DNA of 22,090 bases from a bacterium (GTDB lineage: Bacteria > Arandabacterota > Arandabacteria > Arandabacterales > JALGWA01), in assembly GCA_050125095.1 (NCBI GenBank), contig JASFEA010000039.1, forward strand, positions 1 through 22,090. The letters run 5' to 3'. Numbering within the stretch: the first letter of the stretch is position 1; each line of letters opens with the position of its first letter. Shown here in pieces: positions 16,501 to 22,090 of the stretch. Below the pieces are notes generated by a model that had not been told where the DNA came from, did not search any database, and worked only from the letters and a program-made list of their open reading frames with translations. The translations under genes and the position numbers were made by a program.

Positions 16501-17511
16501 CCGCCCCAGGCCGACACACTTCATAGGAAAGGAATATACGAGTTCTCCGGCCGGGTTATGGACGGGGACACGGTCGCCACATGGCTCAATGACGTCGTCA
16601 ACGCCTACGTGTTTGAGGGCCAGGACACGAGCGGTTATATGTCCTGTCTGGGCTTTTACGATTTCGTCCTCCCCGGCAGCGAGATCTTCCGGGGGAAGGC
16701 AAGCGTAACCGCCGGCGAGTTCTCCTTAAGCTTCCTGGTCTCCACGGACACGAGAGAGGGGCCCAGGGGACAGGTGAGGGCGGTAGTCGCCGGCGCCCAG
16801 GCCACCGCCTCGGGACTTCTTGACAGCGTGGCGATTTACGGCGAACTGGCGTCGCTTGACGATGAGGGCCCCGGGATTTCGATACTCACGGCCCACGGTG
16901 CGGTGAACCCGGGGGATACCCTGTCCGTCAAGGCGGGTGACCGCCTGCGTCTGGACCTTGCGGACTCGAGCGGTGTGGCGATAAGGGCGAAGTCGGAGTT
17001 CATCCCGAGCGTGTCCGTATCGGTGGATGAAGGGGAGAGAGTCGATCTGACCGACAGTGTATTCGCCGAGGTCGATGACTTCAGAGCTTCGTATGTGTAC
17101 TTCGACGTCCCGGCGATGCAGTCGGGTGTGCATGACCTGTCGGTCGCCGCTTTCGATAACCTGAATAACTTCACGCAGGGAGACTTCAAGGCGCTGGTTG
17201 AGGGCGAGGTGAGCGGCGAGACCAATGTGGTGCACGTCTATCCGAATCCTGTGAGCCAGGTGAGCTACATAATATGCGAATACGACCGGGTTCTTGATAT
17301 TGAGATCTCAGTGTTTACAGTTACGGGCAGGAAGATATGGAATTACGGGTCGACCGATGCCAGGTCGTACCACGAGGTCCCGTGGCGCGCCAGGGACGAC
17401 GCCGGTGATCCGGTTGCGAACGGAACATACATCATGAAAGTGGAGGCGAGGGACCCCGAGGATCCCTCATACACGCTCACGAATAATGTGATGTTGGCGG
17501 TGATCAGATAG
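13528..17511 (+). CDS. porU: PorU-like type IX secretion sortase (C25/gingipain-family cysteine peptidase), 1327 aa
   Basis: Signal peptide and a gingipain-propeptide-like N-terminus. PorU-type segment WVKVRIESTGIHRI...LRLYGGGG...FYALG...NYYWVT. C25 core YLIITH, EIYDEFGWG, YVLLLGDATWDY, NYVGHG (His at 16072) and ATCNVSRFD (Cys at 16174). DDEGP Ig-like domain and a C-terminal YPNP...NGTY...LAVIR CTD. Followed directly by a PorV-like gene. Confidence 0.88.
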   Translation: MRRGAFLLLSVLLAAAPYAGSYEITAQDDTGIGLAFDFSDLSDIYDDAGRWAGCRVPGFSTSLVESSGLNIPADVMLFAIPPAGDVRVSVESATVRGERMPGPGSWERGLSDEVERLPALPAEITSTGFMRGQRIAALRICPAVFDPVRNVFRIYERLSVRLAFTGAGAGLASSPATPVEDPFEEVYESLLVNHEQGRAWRRRPDKAPLRAAENDYFSDSPNWVKVRIESTGIHRIEGVDLAAAGVSLASINPATLRLYGGGGLPLSENLLDDNPAWMTQMALKVDAGGDGSFDPEDELIFYALGVRDWTNLFEPGRSEESYYKSFFSDYNYYWVTWGGTFSSPPKPMSTRDLPGCSGCEFYQPPSFLERVHVERDALSDFNVRAEDGWYWRPLRLDETVRLSPDTPFPDTSRKGKARVRVADWHPSDECIGQYYRLLMGFSGYTVSDSIWQASFTWRGVMDLDAPVTLLNKDEQDLTVKMSRDIPPSYPGSYCGKLYLAWYELYYWRRFIALGNRLGFFSPDTTCLARYEAGGFTSPSVYAFDVTDQFNVAELSGFDVTGTTNFQVSFYDSAYEGGLRRYALTTGSNLMKPVGLTVETISDIRNRPGNDYLIITHDNLMGAALEMRDLYGGEIVTVDEIYDEFGWGVPDVTAIRDFLRWRYDTGASLHYVLLLGDATWDYKGYHSTGGYPNYVPSYERRYLPPVGDPYCTDDFFGYLTPNKPDGSEIEDSVDFYLDVAMARIAAPSAGEANLLVEKNIAYRTDPVAGRWQNRVCLVADDDRIGNRCDARAHTVDMENIDDASYPLEFDRTKIYLVEYPFDQGGLKPESRADFIATLNSGVLMANYVGHGDEHRMAQEEVLNPSSIPLINTGRKEFFLIAATCNVSRFDEVTLSSMAEDLIKRPNGGAVGSFASTHFCIPERNKRLNTEFVANLYPEGDVHTVRPVADAVVVAKAKTGAFGSAYRTNNEMFALLADPRLELCAPELEVEFDPPQADTLHRKGIYEFSGRVMDGDTVATWLNDVVNAYVFEGQDTSGYMSCLGFYDFVLPGSEIFRGKASVTAGEFSLSFLVSTDTREGPRGQVRAVVAGAQATASGLLDSVAIYGELASLDDEGPGISILTAHGAVNPGDTLSVKAGDRLRLDLADSSGVAIRAKSEFIPSVSVSVDEGERVDLTDSVFAEVDDFRASYVYFDVPAMQSGVHDLSVAAFDNLNNFTQGDFKALVEGEVSGETNVVHVYPNPVSQVSYIICEYDRVLDIEISVFTVTGRKIWNYGSTDARSYHEVPWRARDDAGDPVANGTYIMKVEARDPEDPSYTLTNNVMLAVIR

Positions 17512-17523
17512 GAGGCAATTGAA

Positions 17524-18531
17524 ATGACATTGAGAGCGGCGTTCCTGGTGTTAATGACTATTCTCATTTACTCGTCGGCCGCGCTGGCTGTCGGAGAGGC
17601 AGCCGCGCCGTCTCTTATTATCTCGCCGTCGGCAAGGGCCTGGGGGCTAGGCCAGTCCTACTGCGGTGTGGCGGATGACGCGACGGCGGTTTACTGGAAC
17701 GCCGGTGGACTTGCCTTCCTGGAAGGCACGTATGTATCGCTGACGCATAGCCAGCTCGTCCCCATGCTGGCGCCCGACGTCTATTACGAAAACATCAGCG
17801 CCACATACAAGCTGAAGAGCGTCGGGACGCTGGGGCTCAACCTCACTTATCTCACATACGGGAAGTGGTGGGAAACCACGGTCGGCGGAGTCCCCGTCGC
17901 GGAGCACTCGAGCTATGAGTTTTCATTCGGAGGCTATTACGCTACGAAGGTCGGCGAGAAAATGGGCTTCGGTCTGGGTCTCAAGGTGGCGCATGTCTAT
18001 CTCGCGCCCCCGACGGAGTCGACGGGGTTCAAGGAGGGCGCGGGCTGGAGCTTCGCAGCCGACTTCGGGTTCCTCTATAAAGTCCATCCCAAGTTCCATT
18101 TCGGCGCCGCCCTTCAGAACCTCGGCCCCGACATGAGCTTCATCGAGAAAGAGGATTCGGCCCCGCTGCCCAGAACGCTTCGTTTCGGAGTCGCCCTGTA
18201 CCCGCTGATGGGCGAGAGCTACTCCACGCTGCTCACCCTGGATGTATCGAAGGCGCTCATCGGGCTGGACGAGATATACAGCGAGGGCAATTTCAGCGAG
18301 GTCGCCAGGGATGCCACTGTCAACGGGGGAGTGGAAGTCATGTTCGCCAATTTCGTCGCGCCGCGGCTGGGATACATCTACGATCCCGACGGCAAGATCC
18401 AGGGCGTGACGTTCGGTTTCGGAATATACATTAACCTGAGCGGTGCCCGCCTGGCTTTCGATTACGCAGGCGTACCCAAAGCTGAAGACCTCGGGAGAGA
18501 GAACAAGTTCTCGCTCGGCGTCGAGCTATAA
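17524..18531 (+). CDS. porV: PorV/PorQ-family outer-membrane beta-barrel
   Basis: Signal peptide, then SLIISPSARAWGLG...VADDATAVYWNAGGLAF, ADFGFLY, GAALQNLGP, PLPRTLRFG and C-terminal FSLGVEL. GGAGG RBS; adjacent to porU as in Bacteroidota. Confidence 0.85.
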   Translation: MTLRAAFLVLMTILIYSSAALAVGEAAAPSLIISPSARAWGLGQSYCGVADDATAVYWNAGGLAFLEGTYVSLTHSQLVPMLAPDVYYENISATYKLKSVGTLGLNLTYLTYGKWWETTVGGVPVAEHSSYEFSFGGYYATKVGEKMGFGLGLKVAHVYLAPPTESTGFKEGAGWSFAADFGFLYKVHPKFHFGAALQNLGPDMSFIEKEDSAPLPRTLRFGVALYPLMGESYSTLLTLDVSKALIGLDEIYSEGNFSEVARDATVNGGVEVMFANFVAPRLGYIYDPDGKIQGVTFGFGIYINLSGARLAFDYAGVPKAEDLGRENKFSLGVEL

Positions 18532-18565
18532 CGGGGCAGGTGGGAGACGGGAAAGGGGAAATAGC

Positions 18566-21500
18566 TTGGTAGGAAGACAGATTAAGAGGACTCTCTCCGG
18601 AGGGCTTGCGGTGCTTTCGGTTGCGCTCTGCGCCTCCGGCGCCGCCGCGCATGTCCTCAAGGTGGAACGGCCTGAGGAGGCGGCGGGGATAGACATCAAT
18701 AAGGTCAAGCAGCTCAATGAAGAGCGCTACAAGAGGCACAAGACCGCCCCCATACGCGACGTGCCCTCAACGCGCAATCTCTTGAGAAGCCGCAGAGCCA
18801 TGCTCGGCGAAGACTTCGGCGTGCTGGGGGCGGCAGGCGCCGAGGACACGCTTCGCCTGGCCCTCATCCGCGTGGAATTCGAGAGCGTGCCCGACCCGTC
18901 CAAGATATCAGGCAACGGCGGCCGCATGATGCTCGAGGATGAGCGGGGTACCGTTTTCATCGACCCCGCGCCGCATGACCGCAAGTACTTCGAGAAACAC
19001 CTGGAGTCGCTGGCCTATTACTATGAAGCCATGTCATACGGGGCTCTGCATATCGAGTCGGAGGTGTTCCCCCTCGCGAACGACGGCGCATATGTGCTCC
19101 CCGATGTGGGCAAATACAATCCCTCGGGGTCAGTAGGAGGCTGGACATGGGAGAATCTGGAGGTCTTCTACAGGGACGCCATACACGCGGCCGACGAGGA
19201 TGATGATCTCGTGTTCGCAGATTTCGACGGCTTCGTGATAGCCCATGCGGGCTCGGACTGGCAGAACGACATAAACCGGGACAGCCCCTATGACCTTCCC
19301 TCGTTCTTCATCACTCTCGGCGGCAGCATAGCCGTTGAGGACAGCACGTATTTCGTCGTGGACGGCAGCGTCGTCCCCGAGACGGGCTCACAGGACGGCT
19401 ATTTCAACGGCATAAACGGCGTGCTGGCGCATGAGGTCGGCCATCAGCTCGGGCTGCCGGACCTCTATGATACGTACATCGGCGGAAGCGTCATCGGCTA
19501 CTGGGACCTCATGGACTTCGGTTCGAGCATAGGCATAGTCCTGGCCGACCCGGAAACCGAGACGGCATACTACGTGACGGGCATAGTCGCGGGTCCCCTG
19601 TCGGTCTGGAGCCGGGCCTTCCTGGGCTGGCTCGAGCCGGACACGGTTTATGCCGGAGGCGATTTCGATCTCACCGCGATCGACTACCAGGGCGAGTCGC
19701 CGGGAAAGGAGGGGCTGGTCGTCCCGATCAACTCCTATGAGCATTTCATGATCGAAAACCGCCAGTGCGACCTCGACGGTGACGGTATCGGCTACCTGCA
19801 GCGCGACCCCAGCGATGACTCCACCGGGGTCATCATCGGGCCGGTCGACGAGGAGGGAGACCGCAATTACGAGTTCGGCTTCGCGCTTCCGGGCTGCGGC
19901 CTCTTAATCTTCCGCGTGGACCAGGTCATGGTGGACTACGGCAATCCCTGGGACATCGTCAACGCCTATCCGCCGAGAAGGGGCGTGCGCATCATGGAAG
20001 CCGACGGGACGTGGGACCTCGGGGACTACAACTCATTCTACTTCCTGGGAAGCTACTATGACCCCTTCTTCAGCGGCGACGGCGGCAACGACCGTTTCGC
20101 CGACGGGACCTATCCGCCGTCGGTGAGCAACACGGGCTGCCGGGCGCATGTCGAGGTGACCGAAATAAGCGAGTCCATGCTCACAATGGACTTCAGGGTG
20201 AACGTGCCCTGGGCCAAGAAGCGCTTCCCGATTGCACTGAGCGACTCGCTGAGGTACGGAATTACATCCCTCCTCGTCTTCGATGTAGACGGGGACGGTT
20301 CGGATGAAATCGGGGCGTTCTCCAAGAGGGCGGACTGGGTGGATACGCTCGGCACCGTCTTCCAGCCGGCCGATCTTTACCTGCTTGAGTTCGACGGGGA
20401 TTCCGGCCCCCGCGTCCTACCCGGCTGGCCGCGCAGCCTCGGCGGAACGAATACCTCCGAGATCCTGGCCGCCGATCTGGACGGCGACGGCATCTATGAG
20501 ATCGTCGCCGGCGACAACACCGGGCGGCTGTATGCGTTTAACATCGACGGCTCGGCGTATTTCGAGAGCGCCGGGCCCCTCGGCGCCTTCATGGTGCTCG
20601 AGGGCGGGCTCAACGGCGCTCCGGTGGCCTATGACATCGACGGCACGGGCGGGGAGGAGCTGCTAGTGGGGACGGGCGAGGGCCTGCTGGCATTGAGCGG
20701 CGCTTCGCGCTCCGGCGTGGACATCGTCGACATCATCTTGAGGCCAGGCGGGATGAGCCAGCCGGCGGTCGGCGATTTTCTCGACCGCCTAGCCGGCGAC
20801 GAGATCGTGGCGTACAGGGAGGGGGCCGTGGAGGTAATCCATCCGCTCCTGGAGGAGGTGCTCACGGTATTGCCCGTGGACACCGACCTTGGGGCCGATG
20901 AGGTGTATCTGGCGATGGCCGACATAGACCGGGCCGAGGGCGAGGAATATGAAGTATTACTTTCAGGGATTGATGGAACTATATGGCTTTTAGACAGTTC
21001 CGGTGATGTATTGCCCGGCTGGGGACAGAGGGTCACCGATGGCTTCGCCGGAGCGCCGGCGATAGCCGACATAGACGGGGACTCCTATCTCGAAGTGGTC
21101 ATCTCAGACACCGAGTACAGGACCTATGCTCTGGATGCGGGCGGAGGCAGGGTTGAGGGGTGGCCGCAGTACGGCAGCGGGTGCTCGCTTCCGGTCTGGG
21201 ACCACGAATTCTACCCGCCGGACAAGACGGTTGAGGTGCCGCCTGCCGTGCTTGTCGACCTGGACGGGGACGGCGCGGCCGAGGTCATACAGGGATCGCG
21301 CTTTGAGTGCGTGGTGGGCTGGCTTGGCGACGGTACCCGCATGGCCGACTACCCCTTCACCATGGGCGGCGCCAGCGCCGCCGTTGCCTTCGGGGACATA
21401 GACGGCGACGGCAAAGGCGAGTTCGTGGCCGGAGGCGGCGAGGGCTTCCTCTACGCTTTCACCGGCACCTACGAGCAGACCGGCGAATGCGAGGCGCCGT

Positions 21501-21862
21501 GGCCTACGGCTCATTTCTCCAGGTCGCGCAACAGCGTCTACCCCATCGACATGATGCCCGGAGAGCCGGTCCCCGGCACGGACCTCCTGGTCGAAAACTC
21601 CTTCCACGCCTTCCCCAATCCTGTGGACGAGAAAGATGTCACATTCTCATTCGACACCGAGACGGGCGGGACGGCCATGGTGGAGATCTTCGACATCACC
21701 GGGCTCAGAGTACTCTCGACGCCGAGATTCGACGCCAGATTCAGAACCCAGTACACGGTCGACATATCAGGTTTGGCAAGCGGGATATATGTTTGTAGAT
21801 TATATATAGAAGGGGACAGCGGAGAGAACTCGGAGACTTTCAAACTCGCTGTCAGGAGATAG
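18566..21862 (+). CDS. Secreted M6 (immune inhibitor A-like) metalloprotease with FG-GAP/VCBS repeats and T9SS type A-like CTD
   Basis: Start moved to TTG 18566 (AAAGGGG RBS, signal peptide ending AAA-H). Motifs IAHAG, HEVGHQLGLPDLYD (19430-19471), GYWDLMDFG and FMIENR. Repeated DxDGDGxxE Ca-binding units with GWP motifs. C-terminal FPNP...IFDITG...SGIYVCRL...FKLAVRR. Confidence 0.88.
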   Translation: MVGRQIKRTLSGGLAVLSVALCASGAAAHVLKVERPEEAAGIDINKVKQLNEERYKRHKTAPIRDVPSTRNLLRSRRAMLGEDFGVLGAAGAEDTLRLALIRVEFESVPDPSKISGNGGRMMLEDERGTVFIDPAPHDRKYFEKHLESLAYYYEAMSYGALHIESEVFPLANDGAYVLPDVGKYNPSGSVGGWTWENLEVFYRDAIHAADEDDDLVFADFDGFVIAHAGSDWQNDINRDSPYDLPSFFITLGGSIAVEDSTYFVVDGSVVPETGSQDGYFNGINGVLAHEVGHQLGLPDLYDTYIGGSVIGYWDLMDFGSSIGIVLADPETETAYYVTGIVAGPLSVWSRAFLGWLEPDTVYAGGDFDLTAIDYQGESPGKEGLVVPINSYEHFMIENRQCDLDGDGIGYLQRDPSDDSTGVIIGPVDEEGDRNYEFGFALPGCGLLIFRVDQVMVDYGNPWDIVNAYPPRRGVRIMEADGTWDLGDYNSFYFLGSYYDPFFSGDGGNDRFADGTYPPSVSNTGCRAHVEVTEISESMLTMDFRVNVPWAKKRFPIALSDSLRYGITSLLVFDVDGDGSDEIGAFSKRADWVDTLGTVFQPADLYLLEFDGDSGPRVLPGWPRSLGGTNTSEILAADLDGDGIYEIVAGDNTGRLYAFNIDGSAYFESAGPLGAFMVLEGGLNGAPVAYDIDGTGGEELLVGTGEGLLALSGASRSGVDIVDIILRPGGMSQPAVGDFLDRLAGDEIVAYREGAVEVIHPLLEEVLTVLPVDTDLGADEVYLAMADIDRAEGEEYEVLLSGIDGTIWLLDSSGDVLPGWGQRVTDGFAGAPAIADIDGDSYLEVVISDTEYRTYALDAGGGRVEGWPQYGSGCSLPVWDHEFYPPDKTVEVPPAVLVDLDGDGAAEVIQGSRFECVVGWLGDGTRMADYPFTMGGASAAVAFGDIDGDGKGEFVAGGGEGFLYAFTGTYEQTGECEAPWPTAHFSRSRNSVYPIDMMPGEPVPGTDLLVENSFHAFPNPVDEKDVTFSFDTETGGTAMVEIFDITGLRVLSTPRFDARFRTQYTVDISGLASGIYVCRLYIEGDSGENSETFKLAVRR
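21773..21801 (+). promoter_or_regulatory. Candidate internal sigma70 promoter for the downstream ORF
   Basis: TTGGCA (21773-21778), 17 nt, TAGATT (21796-21801) in an AT-rich patch of the M6 gene, 61 nt before the ATG at 21863. Confidence 0.45.
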
Positions 21863-22090
21863 ATGAAGAGAGCGTTGAGACGGATGAAGAAAATGCCGGT
21901 GCCGGTCCTGCTGGCCGCGCTCCTGGTGGCCTGCGCGGCCGCCACCTGCGCCGGGGGACTCGAGCCGGGAAGCTCCGAGGCTTTCGATGCTTACCTGAGG
22001 ACCACGCTCAGGCAGGTGGACGTCCCGGTTGAGGACGACGCCAGCATCCGGCATACCCGCGAGGAGGCGGCGAGGCCCAAGTCCACGTTG
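21863..22090 (+). CDS. Exported or membrane hypothetical protein (5' part only)
   Basis: ATG immediately after the M6 TAG, with AGGAG upstream. Open to the window end: MKRALRRMKKMPVPVLLAALLVACAAATCAGGLEPGSSEAF..., with a signal-peptide-like N-terminus. Confidence 0.7.
   Translation, partial: MKRALRRMKKMPVPVLLAALLVACAAATCAGGLEPGSSEAFDAYLRTTLRQVDVPVEDDASIRHTREEAARPKSTL

Noticed and set aside
18443-18565. Upstream extension of the M6 ORF (similarly 5095, 10986 and 11771 for other genes)
   Set aside because: These extensions overlap upstream genes or promoters. The downstream starts restore signal peptides or conserved N-termini, and most have an SD.

Overview
GC-rich bacterial chromosomal window. 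The gene content (PorU/PorV, FlgD/T9SS-type C-terminal domains, a TWGxIK C-terminal motif) suggests an FCB-affiliated lineage outside Bacteroidota, such as Eisenbacteria, Krumholzibacteriota or Latescibacterota; this is inference. The left part (1-~5070, minus strand) looks accessory: a secreted ankyrin-repeat protein fused to an apparently inactive metallo-beta-lactamase-like domain (runs off the window and is absent from the ORF track), an 853-aa secreted protein with a FlgD-Ig/T9SS-like C-terminal domain, and a probably 5'-truncated beta-helix gene ending in VEPTTWGRIKALFE. The right part (plus strand) holds an M23 peptidase, dnaE, a YjbH-like beta-barrel and accA. Next comes a promoter, an ~80-nt structured leader and an intrinsic terminator. 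These precede a tightly coupled operon: Trm112-like protein (missed by the ORF track), small His-rich membrane protein, PorU-like C25 sortase, PorV-like barrel, M6 metalloprotease with FG-GAP repeats and a CTD, and a partial exported protein. The most interesting signals are the T9SS-like processing operon with two kinds of C-terminal sorting tail in one window, and the riboswitch/attenuator-like leader in front of it. No tRNA, rRNA, CRISPR array or mobile element was seen.
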